From the NCBI GenBank assembly GCA_902579065.1, contig CACHFI010000002.1, forward strand, positions 2,205 through 66,204: a stretch of DNA of 64,000 bases, read 5' to 3'. This stretch comes from an uncultured Bacteroidota bacterium. Lineage in GTDB: Bacteria; Bacteroidota; Bacteroidia; Flavobacteriales; BACL11. Position 1 is the first letter of the stretch; every line of letters begins with the position of its first letter. Of the stretch, positions 37,539-47,874 are shown piece by piece. The notes under the pieces are model-generated. The model saw only the letters and a list, made by a program, of their open reading frames with translations, had not been told where the DNA came from and did no database searches. The position numbers were made by a program, and so were the translations under genes.

Positions 37539-38632
37539 ATTTTTTTATTACTAAAATTAAAACTCAGTTTTTCCTCAATATTAGTTGGAAGCTTTGGCAG
37601 ATACTCTCTAGAAATCATAAGTGTTGCAATATTCGCAATATCCTCAAATAATCTATGTTTATCAACTGTTTGTTTTAAATACCCCTGACCACTTGATCCG
37701 CCAGTGCCAATTTTTTGACCTAACATCTTCTCAACCATCTGAACATGTCTAAATCTCCAAAGAGATATTTTATGGTCTATTTCAACCAGTTGGCGTAAAA
37801 ATTTATATGGCAATTGAAGTATCGGTTGCTCTCCATATAGATTAATTAATAATGCAGACATCGTGGCTTTATATGACAATTTTGTCATTCCGTTCTCATG
37901 AGATTGACGGTGATTTTTCTCATCAAAAATATTTTGAAAATATTTTTGATTTTCTTTAATCATCTTTATTCTAATAGCCTTATCATTGTCACTTATTGAT
38001 GAGGAATTGATGATCGACATTTCCCTGTCTAACATTTTTGCAACAGCAGATTTATATTGTTCAATAAAATCAAACCCCTCCATTTGTAAAAAAGGAATCC
38101 TTTCTAACCATTTTTCCACTAATGTAAATAATGAATTATCACTTTCTAAATCAAGAATCTCCTCTTTTTTTTCACCACTAAATTGATCGTGATATGGACA
38201 TCCTCCAAAGTGATGTCTTTTGTTAATTTTTAAACCAAGTATAACTTCTATTTTTCTAAACTGATGAGATTGAAAGCCAGAAGCTGGAGACAAATAATTT
38301 CTGAAATCTAAAAAATCAAGGGCTGTCATAGTTTCAAGAATGTCAAGTTGTTGTACTAAAACATCTAAAATTTTACTAACTCTATCAAAACGCCCTACTA
38401 CTATACCCACGTTTTCTTCATCCATTTTTTCTTTACTCAACAAATGAATCACTGAATTTATTTCATGAATAATCTGTTTAAACCACAACTCATATGTCTG
38501 ATGAATTATGATAAATAACATTTCTTCATGAGCTTCATTATTATTCCCTTTACTTAAAGGATGTTGAGCGTCAAGAATTTTATCTAGATCCAAATACTCA
38601 TTATAGTGAACAGATGAGGGTTTTTTAGACAT
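37535..38632 (-). CDS. kynA: Tryptophan 2,3-dioxygenase
   Basis: YNEYLDLDKIL..QHP, EMLFIIIHQTYELWFKQ and GTGGSSG motifs. 365 aa. Confidence 0.9.
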   Translation of the reverse strand: MSKKPSSVHYNEYLDLDKILDAQHPLSKGNNNEAHEEMLFIIIHQTYELWFKQIIHEINSVIHLLSKEKMDEENVGIVVGRFDRVSKILDVLVQQLDILETMTALDFLDFRNYLSPASGFQSHQFRKIEVILGLKINKRHHFGGCPYHDQFSGEKKEEILDLESDNSLFTLVEKWLERIPFLQMEGFDFIEQYKSAVAKMLDREMSIINSSSISDNDKAIRIKMIKENQKYFQNIFDEKNHRQSHENGMTKLSYKATMSALLINLYGEQPILQLPYKFLRQLVEIDHKISLWRFRHVQMVEKMLGQKIGTGGSSGQGYLKQTVDKHRLFEDIANIATLMISREYLPKLPTNIEEKLSFNFSNKKI

Positions 38633-38670
38633 TTATTGTGTTTTAACTGCAGTAAATATAAGAAGATATT

Positions 38671-39477
38671 TTACAAAAAGATTGATGTGAGAATTAAAAA
38701 AAACAAAAGAGAAATCGAACACGATTCAAGCCAAAAAGAATAATACAAACCGTCTTTTTTTTGATTATCCTTACATACAATATAAAACGAATATAAAAAA
38801 CAGAGAATGGTTGAAATAAAAAACCCAAAATTTAAATTATTTAAATACAAATACGAATCAATAATTAAAAAAAGTAATAAAAAAAAGACAGCTATTTTTT
38901 TAGCCATTTTATCTCCTACTAACATTGGAATCGTGTAAGTTTTTTTCTTATCGTATTCAACATCCCTGATGTCAAATGGAATAGTTATTGCAATAATGAA
39001 AAACATTCGGGATATTATTGATAAAACGACATTTGAATTTAGAACTAAATTGCTTTCATAGTAAATTAGTGCAACAGTAGAAAAAGACCACGAAAAAGCT
39101 ATTAGAAAAATTTTTAAATAAGGTGTTTTTCTTAAAATAGGATAGCTCAATGAAATAGTAGAAATCATTAAAACCATTAATTGAGTAATGCCACTTAACT
39201 TTAGAAATAAATTAGAAAAAATAATCACTGATATAAGCAGCAGAAATTGAAAAACATACTTGTTCTTTAAAATCCAGAAAGATTTTAAATCCTTTTTTAC
39301 TGTGTAACAAAAAATAAATCTTTGGAAATTATAAGACAAAAAAGTGCCAAAAAACAATAATAGAAGTATTTTAAAATCATACAGGCCTAATGTATATTGT
39401 GATACTAAAGCAAGAGAAAAAACAGATAGTGAAATAAAAAGTTTACTGCTTAAAACAAAATTAATTAAATGATTCAA
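38671..39477 (-). CDS. Polytopic membrane protein, UbiA-prenyltransferase-like (second Asp-rich motif only)
   Basis: About 8 hydrophobic helices. PFDIRDVEYDKKKTYTIPMLVG fits DxxDxxxD plus the following G...T.P...G block. No NxxxDxxxD is visible after TM2. Confidence 0.35.
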   Translation of the reverse strand: MNHLINFVLSSKLFISLSVFSLALVSQYTLGLYDFKILLLLFFGTFLSYNFQRFIFCYTVKKDLKSFWILKNKYVFQFLLLISVIIFSNLFLKLSGITQLMVLMISTISLSYPILRKTPYLKIFLIAFSWSFSTVALIYYESNLVLNSNVVLSIISRMFFIIAITIPFDIRDVEYDKKKTYTIPMLVGDKMAKKIAVFFLLLFLIIDSYLYLNNLNFGFFISTILCFLYSFYIVCKDNQKKDGLYYSFWLESCSISLLFFLILTSIFL

Positions 39478-39486
39478 ATCAAAATG

Positions 39487-42252
39487 CTATATTACAATAT
39501 TGATTATTTTTTTTGGTACTATTATAATTCTTTTTGGCTTTGAAGAATCTAAATAATGTAATGTTTTTTCATGCTTCATAATGTAATCTTCTATTTCATC
39601 TTTACCCATTTCAACCGGTAAACTAACTTTAAATCTCATTTTACCATTAAACGAAACTGGATAATTAATTTCATTTTCAACTAAATATTTTGATTCATAT
39701 TTTGGAAATGGAACTTTTGATATTGAAGATGTATTACCCAATTTTTCCCAAATTTCTTCTGCAAAATGTGGTGCATATGGAGATAAAAGAATAATAAAAT
39801 CTGAAAAGACACTTATATTTTTACATTTTTGATCAATTAATTCATTTAAACAAATCATTAATGTACTTACAACTGTATTAAATGAAAAACGCTCAATATC
39901 TTCGTCAACTTTCTTTATAGTTTTATGAAGAGTTTTTAATGAAGCATCAGTTGGAGGATTGGACGTTAAACAAAAAACATTTTCGCTGTCATGAAGATGC
40001 CTCCATAGTTTTCTTAAAAAATTATGCACCCCACTAATACCATTAACATCCCATGGCTTAAATTGTTCTAATGGCCCAAGAAACATTTCATAAAGTCTCA
40101 AAGTATCTGCGCCATATTTTTCTACTAAATCGTCTGGAGTTTGAGTATTATATTTAGATTTTGACATTTTTTCAACTTCATGACTACACTTATAACGCCC
40201 ATCATCTTCTAAAATAAATTCTGCATCTGAAAACTCACTCCTCCAGTTTTTAAATTTATCAATATCTAAATAATCATTTTCAACCAGATTAATATCAACA
40301 TGAATCTTTGATGTATCATACTTGTCTTTTAATGAGTTTGTAACAAATATATTAGAATCTTTAATCCTATAAACAAAATTTGATCTGCCAAGAATCATAC
40401 CTTGATTAATCAGTTTTTTAAATGGTTCATCAAAAGATATGAAGCCTCTGTCAAATAAAAATTTTGTCCAAAATCGAGAATATAATAAATGACCTACAGC
40501 GTGTTCTGCTCCACCAATATATAGGTCTACCTGGCCCCAGTAATCAGATTTTTTTTTAGAAACAAACTCTTGATTATTTTCTGCATCCATAAATCTTAAA
40601 AAATACCAGGAAGAACCTGCCCATCCAGGCATTATATTAGTATCCATTCTATCTCCTTCAAAAATATTCCAATCTGATTGTTTTGCTCTTGCTAGTGGAG
40701 GGTCTCCCGTTTCTGTAGGTAAGTACTTATCAATCTCAGGCAAAGTAACAGGTTCATTTTGTGAAATAATGTAGGGTAGATCATTTTTATAATAAACAGG
40801 GAATGGTTCTCCCCAATATCTTTGCCTAGAAAAAACTGCATCTCTAAGTCTATAATTAACTTTTGATGTGCCAATACCTTGATCTTCAATTTTTGAAATT
40901 GATTTTTCAATTGCCTCTTTACAATTTAAATTATTTAAAAAATCAGAATTAATTATTATCGCATCTTTTCCCTCAAATGCAGATTGAGATATATCAGTTT
41001 CCTTAAAAATATTAATAATGTTGATATTGTAATGTTTAGCAAATAACCAATCTCTCTGATCACCGCAAGGAACTGCCATTACAGCTCCTGTACCGTATGA
41101 TGCAAGAACATAATCCGCAACCCAAATTTCGATTTTATTTTTTGAAAATGGATGAATAGCATAACTTCCTGTAAAAACGCCACTAACTTTTTTGTCTGAT
41201 TGTCGTTCTCTTTCTGATTTTAACTTAGAAATTGACAAATAATTATCAACTTCATTTTGCATTTGACTTGTTGTAAGAGAAGACACTAATTCATGCTCTG
41301 GAGATAAAACTAAAAAACTGACTCCAAACAAAGTATCTGGTCTTGTTGTAAAAACCTCGATAACTTCACCACATTCTGTAGAAAAACTCATGGTAACTCC
41401 CTTGGATTTACCAATCCAATTTCTTTGCATTTCTTTTAATGAGTCTGACCAATCAATATTATTTAAGCCTTCATTTAATCTATCCGCATAAGCCGTGATT
41501 CTTAACGACCACTGTTTCATTTTCTTTTGCTCAACCAAAAAACCTCCGCGTTCTGATCGCCCTTCTTTGACTTCATCATTTGCCAATACTGTTCCTAACT
41601 CTGGACACCAATTAACCATACTTTCAGAAAGATATGCAAGTCTATATGACAACAGAACTTCTTGCTTTCTATTTTCTGAAAAACTTAACCATTCTTGAGA
41701 ACTAAATGAAGGGGTTTTTTCATCACATGGCGAGTTTACTTCTAAGTTTCCATTTCTTTCAAATTCTGATATTAGTTCTGAAATAGGAAATGCTTTATTG
41801 TCAATGTTACAATAATATGAATCAAATAATTGTTTAAAAATCCACTGAGTCCATTTATAATAATCAGGATCAGAAGTTTTAAATTCTCTACTCCAATCAA
41901 ATGAAAATCCTAATTTGTCTAATTGTTCTCGGTAACGACTAGAATTTTTTTCAGTAGCAATTTTAGGGTGAATACCTGTTTCTATTGCATATTGCTCAGT
42001 TGGAAGACCAAAAGAGTCATATCCCATTGGGTGTAATACATTGTAGCCTTTATGCTTTTTAAAACGAGAATATATATCAGATGCAATATAACCGAGAGGA
42101 TGACCAACATGCAATCCAGATCCAGATGGATATGGGAACATATCTAAAACATAAAATTTTTGTTTAGTGTCATCCTCAAAAACTTTATAGGTTTCGTTAG
42201 CACTCCAATAAGAGCGCCATTTTTTTTCAATATTTTTAAAATTGTACTGCAT
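39487..42252 (-). CDS. leuS: Leucyl-tRNA synthetase
   Basis: HVGHPLGY (HIGH), KMSKS, 921 aa. Confidence 0.97.
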   Translation of the reverse strand: MQYNFKNIEKKWRSYWSANETYKVFEDDTKQKFYVLDMFPYPSGSGLHVGHPLGYIASDIYSRFKKHKGYNVLHPMGYDSFGLPTEQYAIETGIHPKIATEKNSSRYREQLDKLGFSFDWSREFKTSDPDYYKWTQWIFKQLFDSYYCNIDNKAFPISELISEFERNGNLEVNSPCDEKTPSFSSQEWLSFSENRKQEVLLSYRLAYLSESMVNWCPELGTVLANDEVKEGRSERGGFLVEQKKMKQWSLRITAYADRLNEGLNNIDWSDSLKEMQRNWIGKSKGVTMSFSTECGEVIEVFTTRPDTLFGVSFLVLSPEHELVSSLTTSQMQNEVDNYLSISKLKSERERQSDKKVSGVFTGSYAIHPFSKNKIEIWVADYVLASYGTGAVMAVPCGDQRDWLFAKHYNINIINIFKETDISQSAFEGKDAIIINSDFLNNLNCKEAIEKSISKIEDQGIGTSKVNYRLRDAVFSRQRYWGEPFPVYYKNDLPYIISQNEPVTLPEIDKYLPTETGDPPLARAKQSDWNIFEGDRMDTNIMPGWAGSSWYFLRFMDAENNQEFVSKKKSDYWGQVDLYIGGAEHAVGHLLYSRFWTKFLFDRGFISFDEPFKKLINQGMILGRSNFVYRIKDSNIFVTNSLKDKYDTSKIHVDINLVENDYLDIDKFKNWRSEFSDAEFILEDDGRYKCSHEVEKMSKSKYNTQTPDDLVEKYGADTLRLYEMFLGPLEQFKPWDVNGISGVHNFLRKLWRHLHDSENVFCLTSNPPTDASLKTLHKTIKKVDEDIERFSFNTVVSTLMICLNELIDQKCKNISVFSDFIILLSPYAPHFAEEIWEKLGNTSSISKVPFPKYESKYLVENEINYPVSFNGKMRFKVSLPVEMGKDEIEDYIMKHEKTLHYLDSSKPKRIIIVPKKIINIVI

Positions 42253-42326
42253 CGTTGTTTTTCTCTTTTACAAAGTTAAGTAATCCAGTTAAATCTTCAG
42301 TGTATTTTTATATTTTAGCAAACATA

Positions 42327-43205
42327 ATGAACAAGAGAAAAAACAAAACGCTAAATCGAAAAATTGTTTCTTCATCAGTTTCAGTTATTATTAGCCTCTC
42401 ACTTGTTCTATTTGTTCTAGGTCTCTTATCATTATTTTTAATCAATGCTCAAAGATTAACAAATTATGTCAAAGAGAATGTTGGCTTCTCAATAATGATA
42501 AATGATAACATTAAAGAAATTGAGCTCATTGAGTTTAATAAAATATTAGATGCAGAAGACTTTACAAAAAGCACTAAATTTATTTCAAAAGAACAAGCAA
42601 CTAATGATTTAGAAAATGAACTTGGGGAAGATTTTGTTAATTTTCTTGGTTTTAATCCAATTATGGCATCAATTGATGTCAAGTTAAATTCTAATTATGC
42701 CAACAATGATAGCTTACAAACCATTAGCACATCTTTAGAAAAAAACAAAATTGTTCATGAAATTTATTATCAAAAAAATTTAATTGAAAGCCTTAATAGT
42801 AACATCAGAAAAATATCATTATTTCTTTTTTGCTTTAGCTTAATCTTATTTTTCATTGCTTTTGCATTGATTAATAACACAATAAGACTTTCAGTTTATT
42901 CTAAAAGATTTTTGATAAGAACTATGAGGCTTGTTGGAGCTGAAAGTAGTTTTATTCAAAAACCATTCATTATAACAGGTGTCTATCAAGGCCTGTATAG
43001 TTCTATTTTTGCAATTTTTTTACTAATCGGGTCAATACAATTAATACAGCAGGAAACAGCAAGTATTTTAAATATAAATGACCTTCAAATAATTGGAATC
43101 GTTTTTATTGTTTTATTTTGTTCAGGAATTATATTGAGTTGTGCTTCAACTTTTTTTGCCGTGAGACGTTTTATCTATTTAAATGAAAATGAATTATATA
43201 ATTAA
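42327..43205 (+). CDS. ftsX: Cell-division protein FtsX-like permease
   Basis: Start at MNKRKNKTLNRK, TM1, periplasmic domain, then three C-terminal TMs (FtsX topology). The ORF-track start at 42255 abuts the leuS start and is probably an over-extension. Confidence 0.75.
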   Translation: MNKRKNKTLNRKIVSSSVSVIISLSLVLFVLGLLSLFLINAQRLTNYVKENVGFSIMINDNIKEIELIEFNKILDAEDFTKSTKFISKEQATNDLENELGEDFVNFLGFNPIMASIDVKLNSNYANNDSLQTISTSLEKNKIVHEIYYQKNLIESLNSNIRKISLFLFCFSLILFFIAFALINNTIRLSVYSKRFLIRTMRLVGAESSFIQKPFIITGVYQGLYSSIFAIFLLIGSIQLIQQETASILNINDLQIIGIVFIVLFCSGIILSCASTFFAVRRFIYLNENELYN

Positions 43206-43216
43206 AAAATAAGAAT

Positions 43217-43441
43217 ATGGATTTTGTTTTTAAGAAAAAAAACTACATTCTGCTAATTAGTGGATTAGTTTTAATTTTAACTGGAATATTTTTAATGATG
43301 GGGGGAGAGTCAGAAGATCCAAATGTATTTTCAGAAGAAATATTTAATTTTCAAAGGCTTACTCTTGCTCCAATTTTAATTGTTGGAGGTTTTGTTTTGG
43401 AGATTTTTGCAATTATGTTAAAATCTGACAACAAAAATTAA
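43217..43441 (+). CDS. DUF3098-family small membrane protein
   Basis: 74 aa with two TM helices, in the conserved ftsX-DUF3098-uppP order seen in Bacteroidetes. Confidence 0.55.
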   Translation: MDFVFKKKNYILLISGLVLILTGIFLMMGGESEDPNVFSEEIFNFQRLTLAPILIVGGFVLEIFAIMLKSDNKN

Positions 43442-43443
43442 AA

Positions 43444-44232
43444 GTGGATGTCCTAAACGCTATAATTCTTGGAATTATTCAAGGACTCACAGAGTTTCTT
43501 CCTGTCAGTAGTAGTGGGCATTTAGAAATTTTCAAAGTCATCCTTGGAGATAATAAACTACCAAACGAAAGCCTTTTAATGACAGTGATTTTACATTTTG
43601 CAACAGCATGTAGTACTATTGTTGTTTTTAAAGATGATATAAAAGATTTAATATTGGGGCTATTTAGTTTTGAAAAGAATGATAGCTTTTGGTTTTCTGT
43701 CAAAATAATTCTCTCAATGGTTCCTGCAGTTTTTGTTGGATTTTTCTTTGAATCAGAAATTGAATCTTTATTTAATGGAAATTTAATAATTGTTGGTAGT
43801 ATGCTAATTCTTACTGGTGCCTTGCTTTTTTTAGCAGATAAAGCCAAGCCAAGTGAAAAAAAAATTAGTTTCTCATCCTCCCTTCTAGTTGGAATTGCAC
43901 AAGCAATTGCAATAATTCCTGGAATTTCCAGATCAGGCTCAACAATTTCTACTGCAGTAATTCTTGGAATAGACAAAGAAAATGCCGCTAAATTTTCTTT
44001 TCTAATGGTTGTTCCTTTAATAATTGGTAAAGTTATTAAAGACATTACTAGTGCTGAAACAATTGTAAATAATGAATCTGTTTTTCCATTAATTATTGGT
44101 TTTGTTTTTGCATTTATAACAGGGATGATTGCCTGTAAATGGATGATCAAACTTGTAAAAAATAGTAAGCTTAAATATTTTTCAATCTACTGTTTTCTAG
44201 TTGGAATATTTTCAATAATCTCTGCAATTTAA
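43444..44232 (+). CDS. uppP: Undecaprenyl-diphosphate phosphatase
   Basis: QGLTEFLPVSSSGHL and PGISRSGSTI motifs. GTG start. Confidence 0.9.
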   Translation: MDVLNAIILGIIQGLTEFLPVSSSGHLEIFKVILGDNKLPNESLLMTVILHFATACSTIVVFKDDIKDLILGLFSFEKNDSFWFSVKIILSMVPAVFVGFFFESEIESLFNGNLIIVGSMLILTGALLFLADKAKPSEKKISFSSSLLVGIAQAIAIIPGISRSGSTISTAVILGIDKENAAKFSFLMVVPLIIGKVIKDITSAETIVNNESVFPLIIGFVFAFITGMIACKWMIKLVKNSKLKYFSIYCFLVGIFSIISAI

Positions 44233-44233
44233 A

Positions 44234-44944
44234 ATGCATAATAAGCTATCAACTCTTTCAAAAGAAGATTTTGAATCGGGAGTAGTATTGCTAATTAATA
44301 AGGAAATAAATTGGACCTCTTTTGATGTTGTAAAAAAAATTAAAAACCTTTTAAAAGAAAAATTTCGTTTCAAAAAAATAAAAGTCGGTCATGCTGGCAC
44401 ATTAGACCCCCTTGCAACTGGACTTCTTGTAATATGTACAGGGAAGTCAACAAAAATGATTTCCGAGATTCAAAATCAGAAAAAAGAATACACCGGAGAA
44501 TTAACAATGGGAGCAACAACTCCCTCTTATGATTTAGAAACTGAAATAGATCATAGATACGATATCTCTAATATAACTGAAAAAGATATTTCTTCAAAAA
44601 CAAAGTTATTTATTGGTGAAGTTTCTCAAAAACCACCAATATTTTCGGCAATTAAAGTAAAGGGCGAAAGACTTTATGAAAAAGCAAGAAGAGGAGAAAA
44701 AATAAACATAAAAAAAAGAAAAATAACTGTTTATAATTTCAAATTAACCAAAATTTTATTACCAAAAATTCATTTTATTATAGAGTGTAGTAAAGGAACA
44801 TACATTCGATCAATTGCACATGATTTTGGCAAATCATTAAACAACGGAGCTCACCTTAGCAAATTAATTAGAACTAAAATTGGAGAATTTGATTTAAAAG
44901 ATGCAAAATCAATTATAGAGTTTGAAAATGAACTTAATCAATAA
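44234..44944 (+). CDS. truB: tRNA pseudouridine(55) synthase
   Basis: Catalytic-Asp motif GHAGTLDPLATG. Confidence 0.9.
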   Translation: MHNKLSTLSKEDFESGVVLLINKEINWTSFDVVKKIKNLLKEKFRFKKIKVGHAGTLDPLATGLLVICTGKSTKMISEIQNQKKEYTGELTMGATTPSYDLETEIDHRYDISNITEKDISSKTKLFIGEVSQKPPIFSAIKVKGERLYEKARRGEKINIKKRKITVYNFKLTKILLPKIHFIIECSKGTYIRSIAHDFGKSLNNGAHLSKLIRTKIGEFDLKDAKSIIEFENELNQ

Positions 44945-44949
44945 AACCT

Positions 44950-44981
44950 CTTGACAAGGGAAGTGCTATATATTATATTTG
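44950..44981 (+). promoter_or_regulatory. Possible promoter for queA
   Basis: CTTGACA at 44950-44956, 20 nt between TTG and TA, then TATATTTG (TAnnTTTG) at 44974-44981. ATG at 45003. Confidence 0.35.
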
Positions 44982-45002
44982 CAAACCCAAAAAAACTCCA
45001 AT

Positions 45003-46058
45003 ATGAAATATAAATTATCAATGTTTAGTTTTGATCTGCCTGAAAAATTAATCGCAGATACTCCAGCAAAGACAAGAGATGACTCTAAATTAATGGTTCT
45101 CCACAGAAGTACTGGAGAAATTGAACACAAAAAAGTTTCAGATCTTATTGATTACTTTGATGATGGAGATATGATGTGTGTAAACAATACAAAAGTTTTT
45201 CCTGCTAGATTATATGCTAACAAGGAAAAAACTGGTGCAAGAATAGAAGTTTTTTTACTAAGAGAATTAAATAAAAAAAACAGATTATGGGATGTCTTAG
45301 TTGATCCCGCTAGAAAAATTAGAATTGGAAACAAATTATTTTTTGGTGAAAATGACGAACTAATTGCTGAGGTAATTGACAATACTACATCTAGGGGAAG
45401 AACCCTTCGATTCTTATATGACGGAACACACGATGAGTTTAAAGAAACTCTAAATTCCCTCGGCCGAACACCTCTACCTAGTTTTATAAAAAGAGAGCCT
45501 ACTGCACAAGATACTGAAAGATATCAAACTGTATATGCAAAAGAGGAGGGTGCTGTTGCTGCTCCAACTGCCGGCATGCATTTAAGTAAAACTCAGATGC
45601 TAAAAATGCAAATTAAAGGAATTGATTTTTCTGAAATAACATTGCATGTCGGTCTTGGAACATTTCATCCAATAATGGTAGAAGATCTTTCAAAACATAA
45701 AATGGAATCTGAACAAATGATCATTGGTCAAGAAGCCGCTGAAAAAATTAACAAAACTTTAGAAAATAGAAAAAAAGTTTGTGCCATTGGAACAACAGTT
45801 ATGAGAAGTTTAGAGTCAAGTGTTTCAACAAAGAATCATGTTATTCCATTTAATGGTTGGACTAATATTTTTATTTTTCCTCCTTATGAGTTTAAAATCG
45901 CATCTTGTATGTTAACAAATTTTCATCTACCCAAATCTTCTCTAATGATGCAGGTTTCAGCATTTTCAGGATATGAGTTATTAATAAAAGCATACAAAGA
46001 AGGAGTGAAAAAGAAATACAAATTCCATACATATGGGGATGCAATGTTAATATTATAA
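45003..46058 (+). CDS. queA: S-adenosylmethionine:tRNA ribosyltransferase-isomerase
   Basis: [25 protein letters not shown] and [10 protein letters not shown] motifs. Confidence 0.9.
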   Translation: MKYKLSMFSFDLPEKLIADTPAKTRDDSKLMVLHRSTGEIEHKKVSDLIDYFDDGDMMCVNNTKVFPARLYANKEKTGARIEVFLLRELNKKNRLWDVLVDPARKIRIGNKLFFGENDELIAEVIDNTTSRGRTLRFLYDGTHDEFKETLNSLGRTPLPSFIKREPTAQDTERYQTVYAKEEGAVAAPTAGMHLSKTQMLKMQIKGIDFSEITLHVGLGTFHPIMVEDLSKHKMESEQMIIGQEAAEKINKTLENRKKVCAIGTTVMRSLESSVSTKNHVIPFNGWTNIFIFPPYEFKIASCMLTNFHLPKSSLMMQVSAFSGYELLIKAYKEGVKKKYKFHTYGDAMLIL

Positions 46059-46059
46059 C

Positions 46060-46710
46060 ATGACAACTTCAGCATTAATTGTAGCTGGTGGATCAGGAAT
46101 TAGATTTAATAACAAAACTCCTAAACAATTTTTATTAGCAAATGGTAAGCCAATTTTAATGCATACCATTAATTGCTTCTCTAAATTTGATGACATTTGT
46201 GTTGTTCTGCCCAAGAGAAATTTTTCAGATTGGACAAGTTTGTGTAAAGAACACGAATTTAAGATTAAACATAAACTTGTTGAGGGTGGTGAAAACAGAT
46301 TTAGATCTGTTCAAAATGGACTTAAAAAATTAAATAATAATGGTATTGTGCTTATTCACGACGGAGTTAGACCCTGTATAAAAAAGCAGATGATTAACAA
46401 CTTAATTCAAAATGTATCAAAGGGTTATGGGGTTGTTCCTGTTCTTCCTATAACAGATTCTTTAATATATAATGATGAAGGTAAAACAAAGAGCATCAGT
46501 AGAGAGAATTATTTTTCTGTTCAAACACCTCAGGCTTTTATGCTAAATGAAATCAATAATGCTTATAGTCAAGATTTTGACCCAAAATTTACAGATGATG
46601 CATCTGTGTTTGAATCGTATGGAAAAAAAATAAAAACGGTTGAGGGAGATATAAAAAATATAAAAGTTACATACCCAATTGATTTACATATTGTAAATAA
46701 GTATCTTTAG
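46060..46710 (+). CDS. ispD: 2-C-methyl-D-erythritol 4-phosphate cytidylyltransferase
   Basis: LIVAGGSGIRF..KTPKQF N-terminus, GGENRFRSV, HDGVRP. Confidence 0.85.
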   Translation: MTTSALIVAGGSGIRFNNKTPKQFLLANGKPILMHTINCFSKFDDICVVLPKRNFSDWTSLCKEHEFKIKHKLVEGGENRFRSVQNGLKKLNNNGIVLIHDGVRPCIKKQMINNLIQNVSKGYGVVPVLPITDSLIYNDEGKTKSISRENYFSVQTPQAFMLNEINNAYSQDFDPKFTDDASVFESYGKKIKTVEGDIKNIKVTYPIDLHIVNKYL

Positions 46711-46778
46711 CTTGATGAGCTGATAACAAGAATTTTTACTAATAATTCTAATATACACATATTAAAAGCACAAAAAAA

Positions 46779-47819
46779 TTGAAGGAAAAAAAAGATATTA
46801 GAACTTTAGATTTAAATGAAATCTCACTGTTTTTTGAGCAAAATAATATTGCTCGTTTTCGTGCAAAGCAAGTTTATGAATGGCTTTGGAAAAAAAGAGC
46901 ACTTAGTTTTGATGAAATGACATCCTTGTCAATTTCTGACAGAAGTTTGTTAAGCAAGCACTTTATAATAAATGGAGTTTCCATACATAAAATGGAGCAA
47001 AGCAATGATAATACAATAAAATACAGTTTTAAGTTACATGACAACAAACTCGTTGAAGGAGTTTTAATTCCTTCCAGAAAAAGATTAACCGCTTGCATTT
47101 CTTCTCAGGCTGGATGTAGTCTTGCTTGTACTTTTTGTGCAACTGGAACACTTAAATTAGAGAGAAATCTTAACTATGCTGAAATCTATGATCAAGTATA
47201 TATTTTAAACGAAAAGGCAAAATTAAAATTTGGCAAACCTCTTAGCAATATTGTTTATATGGGTATGGGTGAGCCATTATTAAATTATGACAATTTAATC
47301 AAGAGCACAAAATTAATTTCTAGTAGTGATGGATTATCAATGTCTCCAAAAAGAATTACGGTTTCAACTGCCGGAATTTCAAAAATGATTAAAAAGCTTG
47401 CTGATGACAATGTGAAATTTAATTTGGCATTAAGTCTTCATACAGCAGATAATGAAATAAGAAACAAGATTATGCCAATAAACGAATCTATAGATTTAGA
47501 TAAACTTAAAGAATCAGTAAAATATTTTTTTGAAAAAACTGGAACAAGAATAACATACGAATACATCTTATTTGACGAAGTTAATGATTCGATTGAAGAC
47601 GCTAATCTTCTTGCAAAATTTTGCAAAAAAGTTCCTTGTAAAGTTAATTTGATTGAATATAATCCTGTTGATGGATTTCCCTTCAAGAAATCTTCGTCTA
47701 ACAAGACCAATAAATTTATTGAATTTTTGGAAAACAAAAACATTATTGTTAATCTAAGAAGAAGTAAAGGAAAAGATATTAATGCTGCCTGTGGACAATT
47801 AGTAAACAAATTAAAATAA
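46779..47819 (+). CDS. rlmN: 23S rRNA/tRNA adenine-C2 methyltransferase (radical SAM)
   Basis: FRAKQVYEWLW, CxxxCxxC in GCSLACTFCATG, C-terminal AACGQL. TTG start. Confidence 0.9.
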   Translation: MKEKKDIRTLDLNEISLFFEQNNIARFRAKQVYEWLWKKRALSFDEMTSLSISDRSLLSKHFIINGVSIHKMEQSNDNTIKYSFKLHDNKLVEGVLIPSRKRLTACISSQAGCSLACTFCATGTLKLERNLNYAEIYDQVYILNEKAKLKFGKPLSNIVYMGMGEPLLNYDNLIKSTKLISSSDGLSMSPKRITVSTAGISKMIKKLADDNVKFNLALSLHTADNEIRNKIMPINESIDLDKLKESVKYFFEKTGTRITYEYILFDEVNDSIEDANLLAKFCKKVPCKVNLIEYNPVDGFPFKKSSSNKTNKFIEFLENKNIIVNLRRSKGKDINAACGQLVNKLK

Positions 47820-47874
47820 GCATTAACTAATAACTAAAATATTAAAACTATAAATTAGCTTAAAGATTTAAATT

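Noticed and set aside
43479-44150. 223-aa ORF antisense to uppP, long for an AT-rich genome
   Set aside because: uppP has unambiguous family motifs. In this antisense phase, stops arise only from sense xxT|TAx, xxC|TAx or xxT|CAx junctions, meaning Tyr, His or Gln codons after a pyrimidine. The membrane protein has almost none of these residues. The open frame is therefore a by-product of composition.
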